Positions 1 to 11,913 of a stretch of DNA of 64,000 nucleotides are shown here, piece after piece; positions within the stretch are counted from its first letter, which is position 1; every line of letters starts with the position of its first letter. The DNA is from Alphaproteobacteria bacterium (GTDB taxonomy: Bacteria; Pseudomonadota; Alphaproteobacteria; Bin95): positions 672,001 through 736,000 of the forward strand of contig CAXXWS020000003.1 of NCBI GenBank assembly GCA_963665325.3, given 5' to 3'. Under the pieces are notes generated by a model that was not told where the DNA came from, did no database searches, and saw only the letters and a program-made list of their open reading frames with translations. The translations under genes and the position numbers were made by a program.

Positions 1-678
1 CGCGACGCCGTCGCCGCGCCGGCCAGGCCTCGCCGCATTGCGTTCAGCCCCGATCTCGGCTTCATGCCGGTCGATCCGGAAGTGCGGGACATCTGCGCCC
101 GCGCCATGGCCCAATTCGAGACGATGGGCGTGGCCGTGGAGGAACGCACACCCGACTTCTCCGGAGCGATGGATGCGTTCCACACCTTCCGCGCCGTCCT
201 GTTCGTCACCGACCATGCGGAGCGGATGAGGGCGCATCGCGACAAGTTCAAACCGGAGATCCTCTGGAATTACGACAAGGGGCAGGCCCTCACGGCCGGG
301 GACATCGCCCGCGCCGAGTCCACTCGTGTTGCGCTCTTCGAGCGAATGGCGGATTTCTTCGGGGAGTTCGACCTGCTCGCCTGCCCGACGGCGGCGGTGC
401 CGCCCTATTCGGTGGACCAGCGCTATGTGGACCGGATCGGCGACACAGTGTTCGACAACTATGTGGACTGGATGGGCCTGCAATGCGCGGTCACGGTCAC
501 ATCTTCGCCCGCGATCAGCATTCCCTGCGGTTTCACCGCGGACGGACGCCCTGTCGGCCTGCAACTGGTCGCCCGGCCGCGCGGCGAGGCGGAGCTGCTC
601 CAGGCGGCGGCGCTGTTCGAGCAGGCGGCCGGCCTCGACCGCCTGCTACCCATCGACCCGAGGGACCCTGCTTCCTGA
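1..678 (+). CDS. Amidase (amidase-signature family), C-terminal part; 5' end lies outside the window
   Basis: Frame is open from base 1. Typical amidase C-terminus: DLLACPT...PAISIPCGF..DGRPVGLQLV...EAELL.AA. Confidence 0.85.
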   Translation, partial: RDAVAAPARPRRIAFSPDLGFMPVDPEVRDICARAMAQFETMGVAVEERTPDFSGAMDAFHTFRAVLFVTDHAERMRAHRDKFKPEILWNYDKGQALTAGDIARAESTRVALFERMADFFGEFDLLACPTAAVPPYSVDQRYVDRIGDTVFDNYVDWMGLQCAVTVTSSPAISIPCGFTADGRPVGLQLVARPRGEAELLQAAALFEQAAGLDRLLPIDPRDPAS

Positions 679-690
679 GGCGCTGTCCCG

Positions 691-1071
691 TCAGGGAAGG
701 ACTTCGATGGAATCGACTTTCCCGACATAGAAGGCGGCATGGCCGGCGATGGCCGCGCATTCGTCGTACGGTTCGGGATAGCTCCAGACCGCATCCTCGG
801 CGATCCGATCGTCCACCGCGAGCGTGCGATAGCGGGCGTCGCCCTTGAATGGGCAGTGGCTCGTCCGCTCGCTGGGCCGCATCAGGTCGAGGTTCAGGTC
901 GGCCTCGGGGATGTAGTGGACCGGCGGATAGCCGCTCTCGCGCATGAGCAGCGCCCGGCGGCTCTCGGCCACGGTCTGGCCGGCGAAGGTCACCACGACC
1001 CGGCCTTCGGCGGGCCCGATGTCTACGCGGTGGTCGGGACGCTTGCGGAAACCTGGGGCGGGGTTGGGCAT
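691..1071 (-). CDS. DUF427 (NTP_transf_9) family protein
   Basis: 3' part of ORF 691..2205, starting from ATG 1071. Motifs ESGYPPVHYIP, TSHCPFKGDA, AVWSYPEP, IAGHAAFY. Confidence 0.85.
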   Translation of the reverse strand: MPNPAPGFRKRPDHRVDIGPAEGRVVVTFAGQTVAESRRALLMRESGYPPVHYIPEADLNLDLMRPSERTSHCPFKGDARYRTLAVDDRIAEDAVWSYPEPYDECAAIAGHAAFYVGKVDSIEVLP

Positions 1072-1079
1072 GGCGTTGT

Positions 1080-1721
1080 TCACCTTTCTCCCCTGAGGGC
1101 GTTTACGAAGTCGGTCAGGCCCGTCTGCCGTGTGCGCCGTCGCCTCTCGGCGTGGAGAATGCTGCGCACCTCGGCAATACTGGCCTCCAGGTCGCTGTTG
1201 ATGACGACATAGTCGTATTCCGCGTAGTGGCTCACCTCGTCGAGCGCCTTCGCCATACGCGCGCGGACGACCTCTGCGCTGTCCTGGGCGCGGGTGTGCA
1301 GGCGTCGTTCCAGTTCCTCTATGGAAGGTGGCAGCACGAAAACGCCGACCAGGTCCGTCCGGGCCTTCTCGGCAATCTGCTGCGCGCCCTGCCAGTCGAT
1401 GTCGAACAGCATGTCGCGCCCTTCCTCCAGCGCCGCTTCGACAGGCGCGCGCGGCGTGCCGTAGCGGTGCCCGAAGACATCCGCATGTTCGAGGAACGCG
1501 CCCGCCTCGACCATTGCCCGGAACCTGACGTCGTCCACAAAAAAGTAGTCGCGGCCGTCCACCTCGCCCCTGCGGGGCCGCCGGGTCGTGGCGCTTACCG
1601 AGAGCGTGATGTTCTGCTCCCTTTCCAGCACAGCGCGGCTGATCGTGCTCTTGCCGGCCCCGGAGGGCGAGGACAGCACCAGCATCAGGCCGCGCGTTGC
1701 AACGGGTCGGAGCGGCTTCAT
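1080..1721 (-). CDS. gmk: Guanylate kinase
   Basis: SSPSGAGKST P-loop, SATTRRPRRGEVDGRDY, YGTP, DIDWQG; sits downstream of yicC. Confidence 0.97.
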   Translation of the reverse strand: MKPLRPVATRGLMLVLSSPSGAGKSTISRAVLEREQNITLSVSATTRRPRRGEVDGRDYFFVDDVRFRAMVEAGAFLEHADVFGHRYGTPRAPVEAALEEGRDMLFDIDWQGAQQIAEKARTDLVGVFVLPPSIEELERRLHTRAQDSAEVVRARMAKALDEVSHYAEYDYVVINSDLEASIAEVRSILHAERRRRTRQTGLTDFVNALRGER

Positions 1722-2557
1722 TCGATGTTCCGCGCCTGCTCGCGGAAGGCTTCCAGAACGGACTTGAGGTCCAGCACCGTGCGCGTGAGATCCAGGTCTG
1801 CCGACTTGGAACCGAGCGTATTCGCCTCGCGGTGAATTTCCTGGCAGAGGAAGTCGAGCTTGCGTCCGACCGCCTCCCCGGACGCGAGCAGGGCCGCGGC
1901 CGCCTCCAGATGCGCGTCGAGCCGGTCGAGTTCCTCGCGGACATCCGCCTTCCCGGCAAGCAGCGCCACTTCCTGGGCAAGTCGTTCCTCAGGAAGGTCG
2001 GCGTCCAGCGCAGCGACGGCCGCGGCAAACCTGTCCCGCAGAGCCGCCGGTTGGGTCGCCGCCGTGTCCCGCGCCGTCCGGGCCTGCTCCCGCATGGAGA
2101 GGAGATGCGCGTCGAGCGCCGCGCCGAGCGCCCGGCCCTCCGCGCGCCGCGCCTCCAGAAGCCCGTCCAGCGCCTCCTCCAGGGTCGCAAGCAGCGCCGC
2201 TTCATCCCGCTCCTCGGCCCCCGGATCGGCCGCTTCGATGACGCCGCGCAGCGCCATCAGCCCTGCGATGTTCCCGCCTCCCCGCCGGCCCGCGACATCT
2301 GCCAATTCGTCGAGCCACTCTTCGTCCACCCGGTAGCGCTGCCGGCCCGACGCCTGTTCGAAGCGCAGTTCCAGCGTGATGCTGCCGCGCGCGAACCGGG
2401 CCTGCACCGCCTGGCGGACTTGCGGCTCCAGCCCGTCCCAACCGGAAGGCAGGCGCAGGCGCAGGTCGAGGCCGCGATGGTTGACCGAACGGGCCTCCCA
2501 GCTCCAGTCGGGCCCGGCCGCCGAGGCGAAACCGGTCATGGATGAGAGCGGCGTCAC
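1718..2557 (-). CDS. yicC: YicC/YloC family endoribonuclease
   Basis: SMTGF, RSVNHRGLD, EELDRL, GRKLDFLCQE..REANTLGSK. GTG at 2557 overlaps the mltG stop. Confidence 0.93.
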   Translation of the reverse strand: MTPLSSMTGFASAAGPDWSWEARSVNHRGLDLRLRLPSGWDGLEPQVRQAVQARFARGSITLELRFEQASGRQRYRVDEEWLDELADVAGRRGGGNIAGLMALRGVIEAADPGAEERDEAALLATLEEALDGLLEARRAEGRALGAALDAHLLSMREQARTARDTAATQPAALRDRFAAAVAALDADLPEERLAQEVALLAGKADVREELDRLDAHLEAAAALLASGEAVGRKLDFLCQEIHREANTLGSKSADLDLTRTVLDLKSVLEAFREQARNIE

Positions 2558-3528
2558 TGCAAGGGCCTCGACAGCCTGCGGTAGCGGGCCACGTTCCGGT
2601 TGTGCTCGCGAAGAGTGCGCGCGAACCGGTGGCCTCCGGCGCCGTCGGCGACGAAATAGAGCGCATCCGTCCCGGCCGGCCGGGCCGCAGCCTTCAGGGC
2701 CGCACGGCCGGGGTTGGCGATCGGCCCGGGGGGCAGTCCGCGGATGCGGTAGGTGTTGTAAGGGTGGTCCACACGCAGGTCGGCGCGGGTGAGCGGGCGG
2801 CCCAACTCCCGCCTGCCGCCTGTCAGAGCATAGATGACGGTCGGGTCGGTCTGGAGGCGCATGCCGCGTTTCAGGCGGTTGACGAACACGCCTGCGATCT
2901 CGGCGCGCTCTCCCGAAACGCCGGTTTCCTTCTCGACGATCGAGGCGAGCGTGAGCAGTTCGGCCTCGCTCTTCAGCGGCGAACCCGCCGGCCGTTCGCG
3001 GAACAGTCCCGCAAGCGCCTTGTCCATGGCGCGCTGCATGCGGGCGACCAGGTCCGCGCGGCTGTCTCCATGGCTGTAGTGGTAGGTCTCCGGCAGCAGC
3101 CGCCCCTCGCCGGGATCGGGTGGCTCGCCGACCAGCGCCTCGGCGCCCCGCACCAGATCGAGCACCGCCGAGGTCGTGAGCCCTTCGGGCACCGTCAGCC
3201 GGCGCACGACCGTCCGGCCCGCCACCAGCAAATCGCGAACCGACGCGGCGCTGACCGCAGCGGGGAAGGCGTATTCGCCGGCCTTCAGGCGGTGCTGCGC
3301 GCCGTCCACGATCACGAAGAACCGAAACGCCAGCGGACTGCGCAGCACCCCCCGTTCGGTGAGCAACTCCGCCAGCGGTGCGAGGCCAGCGCCTTTCGGC
3401 ACGACGATCCGGCGCTCCTCGTCGAGCGGGCCGGGCGCATGGAAATCCTCCCACGCACGCAACGCGAACCCGGCGGCTGCCGCCGACAACAGTGCCAGAA
3501 AGACGCCGACAAGCCGACGGCGGCGCAT
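2554..3528 (-). CDS. mltG: Endolytic transglycosylase MltG
   Basis: N-terminal TM anchor, LKAGEY, EGRLLPETY, LASIVEKET, LQTDPTVIY, YNTY..GLPPGPIANPG. Confidence 0.95.
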   Translation of the reverse strand: MRRRRLVGVFLALLSAAAAGFALRAWEDFHAPGPLDEERRIVVPKGAGLAPLAELLTERGVLRSPLAFRFFVIVDGAQHRLKAGEYAFPAAVSAASVRDLLVAGRTVVRRLTVPEGLTTSAVLDLVRGAEALVGEPPDPGEGRLLPETYHYSHGDSRADLVARMQRAMDKALAGLFRERPAGSPLKSEAELLTLASIVEKETGVSGERAEIAGVFVNRLKRGMRLQTDPTVIYALTGGRRELGRPLTRADLRVDHPYNTYRIRGLPPGPIANPGRAALKAAARPAGTDALYFVADGAGGHRFARTLREHNRNVARYRRLSRPLQ

Positions 3529-3534
3529 GCAGGC

Positions 3535-4797
3535 TCAGGGCGCGCCGGAGAAGACCAGCGACGTGTTGGTGCCGCCGAACCCGAAGGAGTTCGAAACCGC
3601 ATGGTCGATCCTGCGTTCCTTCGCCGCACCGGGCACGAGGTCGAGGTCGCAGCCTTCCGACGGGTCTTCGAGATTGAGCGTCGGCGGCGCGATACCGCAC
3701 TGCACGGCCTTGATGGTGAAGATTGCCTCGATGGCCCCGGCCGCGCCGAGCAGATGGCCGTGCGCCGACTTGGTGGACGACATCGACAGCCGGTAGGCGT
3801 GGTCGCCGAACAGCCGCTTCACGGCCCCGAGCTCGATCTCGTCGCCGAGCGGCGTCGAGGTCCCGTGGGCGTTGATGTAGTCGATGCTGTCAGGATCGAG
3901 CCGGGCCCGCTTGAGCGCCGCCTCCATGGCGCGGTAGCCGCCGTCGCCGTCGGCCGCCGGGGCGGTAATGTGGTGGGCGTCGCCGGAGAGGCCGTAGCCG
4001 ACGACCTCGGCATAGATCCGGGCCCCGCGCGCCTTGGCGTGCTCATACTCCTCCAGCACGACGCAGCCCGCGCCCTCGCCCATGACGAAACCGTCGCGCT
4101 CCTTGTCCCACGGCCGGGACGCGCGCTGCGGCTCGTCGTTGAAATTGGTCGAAAGCGCCCGCGAGGCGGCGAAACCGGCGATGCCGAGACGGCAGATCGC
4201 GGCTTCCGCCCCGCCGGCTACCATGACATCGGCATCGTCCAGGGCGATCAGGCGTGCCGCGTCGCCGATGGCATGGGCGGCCGTGGCGCAAGCCGTGACG
4301 ACCGAATGGTTCGGGCCCTTGAAGCCGTATTTGATCGAAACCTGGCCGGAAACGAGATTGATGAGCGCGGAGGGGATGAAGAAGGGGCTGATTCGCCGGG
4401 GGCCGCGTTCCTGGAGCAGGATCGAGGCGTCGTGGATGGTCTGCAACCCGCCGATGCCGGAGCCGATCATGACGCCGCTGCGGTTGCGGTCCTCGTCGTC
4501 CTCCGGCTCCCAGCCCGAATCCTCGACCGCCTGGTCCGCCGCGACCATGCCGTAGACGATGAACGGGTCCAGCTTGCGGCGGTCCCTGGCGGGCAGCCAC
4601 TCATCGGGATCCCAGTAGCCGTCCTCGCGGCTTCCCGCCGGCAAATTCGCGGCGATCCGGCAGGGCAGGTCGGATACGTCGAAGGACTCGATGGGACCGA
4701 TGCCGGACTCGCCTGCGACCAGTCTTTTCCAGGAAGGCTCGACGCCGACTCCCATCGGCGAAACCAGCCCCATCCCGGTGACCACGACACGGCGCAT
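3535..4797 (-). CDS. fabF: 3-oxoacyl-ACP synthase II
   Basis: RRVVVTGMG, TACAT catalytic Cys, NAHGTST, GHLLGAAG, SNSFGFGGTN. Confidence 0.97.
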   Translation of the reverse strand: MRRVVVTGMGLVSPMGVGVEPSWKRLVAGESGIGPIESFDVSDLPCRIAANLPAGSREDGYWDPDEWLPARDRRKLDPFIVYGMVAADQAVEDSGWEPEDDEDRNRSGVMIGSGIGGLQTIHDASILLQERGPRRISPFFIPSALINLVSGQVSIKYGFKGPNHSVVTACATAAHAIGDAARLIALDDADVMVAGGAEAAICRLGIAGFAASRALSTNFNDEPQRASRPWDKERDGFVMGEGAGCVVLEEYEHAKARGARIYAEVVGYGLSGDAHHITAPAADGDGGYRAMEAALKRARLDPDSIDYINAHGTSTPLGDEIELGAVKRLFGDHAYRLSMSSTKSAHGHLLGAAGAIEAIFTIKAVQCGIAPPTLNLEDPSEGCDLDLVPGAAKERRIDHAVSNSFGFGGTNTSLVFSGAP

Positions 4798-4817
4798 GCC
4801 GTTTCTCCCCGGCAGCG

Positions 4818-5051
4818 TCAGGCGTTTTCGTTGATGTAGTCGATCGCGTTCTTGACCGTCACGATCTTCTCGGCGGCATCGTCGGGAATCTCGACGCCGA
4901 ACTCCTCCTCGAACGCCATGACCAGTTCCACCGTATCGAGGCTGTCCGCGCCCAGGTCATCGATAAAGCTCGCCCCTTCCACGACCTTGCCCTCGTCGAC
5001 GCCGAGATGTTCCACGACGATTTTCTTCACGCGATCGGCGATATCGCTCAT
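4818..5051 (-). CDS. acpP: Acyl carrier protein
   Basis: 77-aa acidic protein with the DLGADSLD phosphopantetheine site. Confidence 0.98.
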   Translation of the reverse strand: MSDIADRVKKIVVEHLGVDEGKVVEGASFIDDLGADSLDTVELVMAFEEEFGVEIPDDAAEKIVTVKNAIDYINENA

Positions 5052-5159
5052 CTAATCTTTACCCTTCGGATTGTTTGCAGGCTTGCCGCACCGGCGTTGA
5101 GGCCCCCAATATGCGGACACGGCTCTTAGCACAGCCCGCACGGGCGGGCCAGAGCCGCG

Positions 5160-5894
5160 TCATATCATCGCCATGCCGCCATTTACGTGCAAGGTATGAC
5201 CGGTGACATAGGCCGCTTCGTCGCTGGCGAGGAAGACCGCGGCGGCGGCAACGTCTTCGGGAAGGCCGAAACGCCCGGCCGGCACCCGGTCGAGCGCCGC
5301 ATCCCGCTGTTTCTCGTTCAGGTCCTGCGTCATGGCGGTGTCGATGAAGCCGGGCGCAATGCAGTTGACCGTCACGCCGCGCCCCGCGACCTCGGCGGCA
5401 ACGGCCTTGGTCATGCCGATCATGCCGGCCTTCGATGCCGCGTAGTTCGCCTGCCCCGGATTGCCGGTGACGCCGACCACGGAGGACACCGCGATAATGC
5501 GTCCGTTCCGCCGGCGCATCATGCCGCGCAGCGCCGCGCGGGCGAGGCGAAAGCCGGCGGTCAGGTTGATGTCCAGAACCGTCTGCCAGTCCTCGTCGCG
5601 CATGCGCAGGAAGAGGCCGTCGCGCGTGACGCCGGCATTGCTGACCAGGATGTCGAGCGGCCCCAGCGCCTCTTCGGCCCGGGCGACCAGGCCGTTCACA
5701 GCCTCCGGGTCGGCGAGGTTGCAAGGCAGGACGGCAGCGCCCTCGATTTCGCCGGCGAGCGCCTCCAGCGCGGCTTCGCGGGTGCCGGAAAGGCCGACCC
5801 GGGCGCCCTGCTCGGCGAGCGCCCGCGCGATGGCGGCGCCGATGCCGCCCGAGGCGCCGGTGACCAGCGCCGTTCTGTCCCGGAGATCGAACAT
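5160..5894 (-). CDS. fabG: 3-oxoacyl-ACP reductase
   Basis: Start MFDL at 5894. TGASGGIG, NAGVTRD, GNPGQANYAASK, TLHVNGGM; upstream of acpP. Confidence 0.95.
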   Translation of the reverse strand: MFDLRDRTALVTGASGGIGAAIARALAEQGARVGLSGTREAALEALAGEIEGAAVLPCNLADPEAVNGLVARAEEALGPLDILVSNAGVTRDGLFLRMRDEDWQTVLDINLTAGFRLARAALRGMMRRRNGRIIAVSSVVGVTGNPGQANYAASKAGMIGMTKAVAAEVAGRGVTVNCIAPGFIDTAMTQDLNEKQRDAALDRVPAGRFGLPEDVAAAAVFLASDEAAYVTGHTLHVNGGMAMI

Positions 5895-5914
5895 GGGTTG
5901 CGCGGCCGCCTTTC

Positions 5915-6691
5915 CTAACGGTCGAGAGCGAGTTCTGACATCGGGTAGCCGGCGCTGCGGGGAATGCGCAAGACCCGCCCGGCGGGCGTGGCCGCGATGC
6001 GCGTCATCACCGTCTCCACCGGCTCCGCCGCCGCGCGGCGCAGCGCGTCCTGCACATTGCGCGAACGCGCCAGCCTGGAAAGAATGGCGCGGGTCGGGAA
6101 CATGATCGGCCGGCTCCCTTCGGCGGCGTCGCGAAGCGCGGCCTCCGGGCGGATCCATAGCGAGTCCACAGACTCGGAGCCGTCATGGCTGCCATCCTGG
6201 CTCGGCGGCAGGGCGGCCAGATAGAAATGCACATCGAAGCGTCGCGCCGAGTTTTCGGGCGTGATCCAGTGTGCGCAATGGCAGAGTGCGGCCGTGTCGG
6301 CGACAAGGTCCTCGGCTTCGAGGAAGCTGGCGAACGACACACGGCCCGAATGCACCGCAACTCGCCAGCGCGCCTCGATCCGCGCCCCGTCCTCCGGTGC
6401 CAGCATGTTATCGGCTCGCAGTGCCAGCAGGACCCCGGTCTCCTCGAACGCCTCGCGCACGCCGGCAATACGGTGCGCTCTCGCCGCCTCGCCGAAGCGG
6501 CCTGTCGTCCGGACGGCTAGCGCAGGATCGGCATCTTCCGGATCGACCTTGCCGCCGGGAAAGACGAGCGCGCCGGAGGAAAAGTTGAGCTCCGGGCTGC
6601 GCAGCACCATGAAGACTTCGAGGCCGGCCGGGCCGTCGCGCAGGATCAGCACGCTGGCGGCGGGTTTCGGGATGGCCGGAGGACGCTCCAT
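5915..6691 (-). CDS. NUDIX hydrolase (NUDT19-like)
   Basis: PKPAASVLILRD, VFPGGKVDPED, REAFEETG, HWITPE...RRFD. ATG 6691 chosen over the TTG at 6733. Confidence 0.85.
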   Translation of the reverse strand: MERPPAIPKPAASVLILRDGPAGLEVFMVLRSPELNFSSGALVFPGGKVDPEDADPALAVRTTGRFGEAARAHRIAGVREAFEETGVLLALRADNMLAPEDGARIEARWRVAVHSGRVSFASFLEAEDLVADTAALCHCAHWITPENSARRFDVHFYLAALPPSQDGSHDGSESVDSLWIRPEAALRDAAEGSRPIMFPTRAILSRLARSRNVQDALRRAAAEPVETVMTRIAATPAGRVLRIPRSAGYPMSELALDR

Positions 6692-6758
6692 ATGCGCCCT
6701 TATAGCGGCGGCGGACCGGAAGGGCACGGGCAATCCGTCACGCCGGACCCTTCGGGAC

Positions 6759-6788
6759 TTGAAATCCGTACAGTTCCGGTACAGTTTC
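6759..6788 (+). promoter_or_regulatory. Putative suf promoter with an Rrf2 operator
   Basis: TTGAAA (-35-like) at 6759, then GTACAGTT repeated at 6768 and 6779 (GTAC-N7-GTAC dyad), directly upstream of the Rrf2 gene. Confidence 0.45.
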
Positions 6789-6820
6789 CAATCCGGAGCG
6801 AATGACTACGGATTGGGGCG

Positions 6821-7257
6821 ATGCTGAGACTGAGCCGGATGAACGACTACGCCGTCGTCGTGCTGGGGCAGCTTGCGTCCCGGCCCGAACGGCCGCGTTC
6901 GGCGAGCGAAGTGGCGGAGGCGACCGGCCTCGCCGCCTCGACCGTGTCCCAGGTGCTGAAGGCGCTGGCCCATGCCGGGCTGGTCGCGTCGGTCCGGGGG
7001 GCGCATGGCGGCTATACGGCCGACCGGCCGGCGGAAGAGATTTCGGTCGCCGAGATCGTGCTGGCCGTGGACGGGCCGGTGGCGCTGACCGCCTGCGTGG
7101 ACGGCGGCGACTGCGCCATCGAGGCGACCTGCCTGCTGCGAGGCTCCTGGGACCGGATCAACAGCGCCGTCCGGGACGCGCTGGAAGCGGTGACCCTCGC
7201 CGACATGCTGGCGCCCATGCGCGACTTCTCGCGGTTCGAGCCCAGGGAGATGCGGCC

Positions 7258-7261
<4 letters not shown>
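6821..7261 (+). CDS. Rrf2-family SUF system Fe-S cluster assembly regulator
   Basis: [11 protein letters not shown], w[12 protein letters not shown], three Cys (TAC..DC..TC); leads the suf operon. Confidence 0.92.
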
Positions 7262-8711
<1,450 letters not shown>

Positions 8712-8712
<1 letters not shown>

Positions 8713-9461
8713 TGCTTGAAATCCGCGATCTCCACGCCTCGGTCGAAGGCCAGGCGATCCTGAACGGGGTCGATCTTTCGGTCGGCGCCGGCGAGGTGCA
8801 TGCCGTCATGGGGCCGAACGGCTCCGGCAAGAGCACGCTCTCCTATGTGCTGTCCGGCCGCGAGGGCTATGCGGTGGACCGGGGCGAGGTGCTTTACGAC
8901 GGCCGCGACCTGCTGGAACTGGAGCCGGAGGAGCGCGCGGTGGCGGGGCTGTTCCTCGCCTTCCAGTATCCAGTCGAGATTCCCGGCGTCGGCACGATGA
9001 CCTTCCTGCGCACGGCGCTGAATGCGGTGCGCCGCAGCCAGGGCGGGGACGAGCTCGACGCCATGCAGTTCCTGCGCGTCGTGCGCCAGAAGGCGCGGGC
9101 GCTCGGCATCGGCGACGACATGCTGAAACGCGCGCTGAATGTCGGCTTCTCCGGCGGCGAGAAGAAGCGCAACGAAATGCTGCAGCTTGCGGTGCTGGAG
9201 CCGCGCCTTGCGATCCTCGACGAGACCGACAGCGGCCTCGACATCGACGCGCTCAAGATCGTCGCGGAAGGCGTGAACGCGCTGCGCTCGCCGGACCGGG
9301 CGATGCTCATCATCACCCACTATCAGCGCCTGCTGGACCATATCGTGCCGGACCGGGTGCATGTGCTGGCGAAGGGCAGGATCCTCCGTTCGGGCGGCAG
9401 CGAACTCGCGCACGAACTGGAGGCGAAGGGCTACGCGGAAATCCTGAGCGAGGCGGCATGA
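8712..9461 (+). CDS. sufC: Fe-S cluster assembly ATPase SufC
   Basis: GPNGSGKST, FQYPVEIPGV, GFSGGEKKRNE, LDETDSGLDID. Confidence 0.98.
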
Positions 9462-10663
9462 CGCTCGGCGTCGATACCTACCGGGAAGCGTTCGAGAGCA
9501 TTCGCGGCTCGCTCCCGGGCGAGCGCGAAACCGCCTTCGAGGCCTTCGCCGCGAAAGGCTTCCCGACCAACCGGGTAGAGGCGTGGAAATATACGAGCCT
9601 GCGCCCGCTCGCGCGCCAGCGCTTCGCGCCGGCCACGCCCGATAAGGAAGCTGAGGTTCCGCTGCTGGGCGAAGGGCCCCGTATCGTGCTGGTCAACGGT
9701 TTCCTCCGCGAAGACCTTTCGACCGTGCCCGTCGAACGCTGGGCCGGGCCCAACGGAGCGGCGGATGCGGAAGGCGAGCCGCTGGTCGCGCTCAACGCCG
9801 CCATGGCGGGCGACGGCTATGCGCTGACCGTCGGGGACGTCCGGGAAGAGCCCATCGAGATCGTCCACGCCACGGTCCCGGGCCCGACCGGCCCGGTGGC
9901 GCAGTCCCGCAACCGCATCGTTATCGCGTCCGGCGGTGCAGCGCATGTCATCGAGCGGCATATCGGGCTCGGCGCGGGCGCCTATTTCGTCAACGGCGTC
10001 ACCGAGGTCGAGGTGGCGGCCGGCGGGCGGCTCCGCCACACAAAGCTGCAGGACGAAGGGGCGGACGCCCATCATCTCTGGTTCATGCCCGCGCGGCTCG
10101 GCAGCGACGCGGTGCTGGAGAGCACGGTCTTCACCTTCGGCGCGCGGCTCTCGCGCAACCAGATCGAGGCGGACATCCTGGGTGAAGGCGCAGAACTCTC
10201 GCTCAAGGGCGCCTACGCCGTCTCCGGGCGGCAGCTTGCCGACCACACGAGCCGCATCGAGCACCGCGCGCCGGGCGCGACCAGCCGGCAGGTCTACAAG
10301 GGCGCCATCGGCGGGCAGGCCCGTGGCGTCTTCCAGGGCCATATCGTCGTCGCCGAGGGTGCGCAGAAGACGGACGGCCACCAACTCAACCGCGCTCTGC
10401 TGCTCTCCGGCCGGGCCGAGATCGACGCCAAGCCGGTACTCGAAATCTATGCCGACGACGTCCAGTGCAGCCATGGCGCTACGGCCGGCGACATCGACGG
10501 CGACGCCCTGTTCTACCTGCGCTCGCGCGGCATTCCCGCCGACGCCGCCCGCGGACTGCTGGTGCGCGCCTTCCTCGCGGAAATACTGGATGGGGTGCCG
10601 GAAGGCGCGCTGCGGTCTGCGGTCGAAGAACGAATAGACGGATTTCTGGAGGCCGGCGCATGA
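9458..10663 (+). CDS. sufD: Fe-S cluster assembly protein SufD
   Basis: EAWKYT, AQKTDG.Q, KPVLEIYADDVQCSHGAT, FYLRSRGI. Confidence 0.95.
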   Translation: MTLGVDTYREAFESIRGSLPGERETAFEAFAAKGFPTNRVEAWKYTSLRPLARQRFAPATPDKEAEVPLLGEGPRIVLVNGFLREDLSTVPVERWAGPNGAADAEGEPLVALNAAMAGDGYALTVGDVREEPIEIVHATVPGPTGPVAQSRNRIVIASGGAAHVIERHIGLGAGAYFVNGVTEVEVAAGGRLRHTKLQDEGADAHHLWFMPARLGSDAVLESTVFTFGARLSRNQIEADILGEGAELSLKGAYAVSGRQLADHTSRIEHRAPGATSRQVYKGAIGGQARGVFQGHIVVAEGAQKTDGHQLNRALLLSGRAEIDAKPVLEIYADDVQCSHGATAGDIDGDALFYLRSRGIPADAARGLLVRAFLAEILDGVPEGALRSAVEERIDGFLEAGA

Positions 10664-11913
10664 GCCCGGACAGCACCCCTGCCTTGAGGCCGAACTACGA
10701 TGTGCTGGCGATCCGCCGGGACTTCCAGATCCTCGCGCGCGAGGTGTTCGGCAAGCCGCTGGTCTATCTGGACACGGGCGCGAGCGCCCAGAAGCCGCGC
10801 CAGGTCATCCGCGCCATGACGCAGGTGATGGAAGAGACCTATTCCAACGTCCATCGTGGCGTGCATTTTCTCTCCCAGGCCTGCACGGACCAATTCGAGG
10901 CGGCGCGGGAGACGGTGGCGCGGTTCATCAACGCGCCGGAAGCCGACGAGATCGTCTGGACGCGCGGCGCCACGGAAGCCCTCAACCTTGTCGCGGCCAC
11001 CTGGGGCCGGGCGAATATCGGGCCGGGCGACCGCATCGTCATCTCGACCCTTGAGCACCACTCCAACATCGTGCCCTGGCAATTGCTGCGCGACGAGACG
11101 GGCGCGGAACTCGCGGTCATCCCCGTGGACGATGCGGGCGAGATCGATCTCGACGCCTATGCCGGCCTGCTGGACGGCCGGACGAAGCTCGTATCGGTCA
11201 CCCATGTCTCCAACTCCATCGGCACGGTGCTGCCGATCAAGCAGATGGCGCAGATGGCGCACGACAAGGGTGCGCTGTTCATGGTGGACGGCTGCCAGGC
11301 GGCGCCGCACATGCCCGTCGATGTGCAGGACCTCGACGTCGATTTCTACTGCTTCTCCGGACACAAGACCTACGGGCCGACCGGCATCGGCGCGCTCTGG
11401 GGCCGCAAGACGCTGCTCGACGCCATGCCCCCCTATCAGGGCGGCGGCGAGATGATCGCGCATGTCACTTTCGAGAAAAGCACCTTCAAGGATGCCCCGC
11501 ACAAATTCGAGGCCGGCACGCCCGCCATCGTCGAGGCGGTGGGGCTGGGCGCGGCGCTCGATTATATCGAGGCCATCGGGCGCGACGCGATCCTGGCGCA
11601 CGAAACGGACGTCGCCGAATATGCCCGCGAGCGGCTGGCCGCGGCGCCGGGCGTGCGAATCGTCGGCGATGCGCGGGAGCGGGGCGCCATCGTCTCCTTC
11701 ACCATGGAGCAGGCGCATCCACACGACATCGGCACGATCATCGACCGGGCGGGCGTTGCGGTGCGCGCGGGCCATCATTGCGCCTTCCCCGTCATGGAGC
11801 GCTTCGATGTCGGGGCGACGGCGCGGGCGTCCTTCGGCCTTTACAACATGAAGAGCGAGGTGGACCGGCTGATCGAGGCGCTGGACGAGGTCGCGGAGAT
11901 CTTCGGGCGATGA
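10660..11913 (+). CDS. sufS: Cysteine desulfurase SufS
   Basis: LVYLDTGASAQKP, EHHSNIVPWQ, SGHK (PLP lysine), RAGHHCA. Confidence 0.96.
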   Translation: MSPDSTPALRPNYDVLAIRRDFQILAREVFGKPLVYLDTGASAQKPRQVIRAMTQVMEETYSNVHRGVHFLSQACTDQFEAARETVARFINAPEADEIVWTRGATEALNLVAATWGRANIGPGDRIVISTLEHHSNIVPWQLLRDETGAELAVIPVDDAGEIDLDAYAGLLDGRTKLVSVTHVSNSIGTVLPIKQMAQMAHDKGALFMVDGCQAAPHMPVDVQDLDVDFYCFSGHKTYGPTGIGALWGRKTLLDAMPPYQGGGEMIAHVTFEKSTFKDAPHKFEAGTPAIVEAVGLGAALDYIEAIGRDAILAHETDVAEYARERLAAAPGVRIVGDARERGAIVSFTMEQAHPHDIGTIIDRAGVAVRAGHHCAFPVMERFDVGATARASFGLYNMKSEVDRLIEALDEVAEIFGR

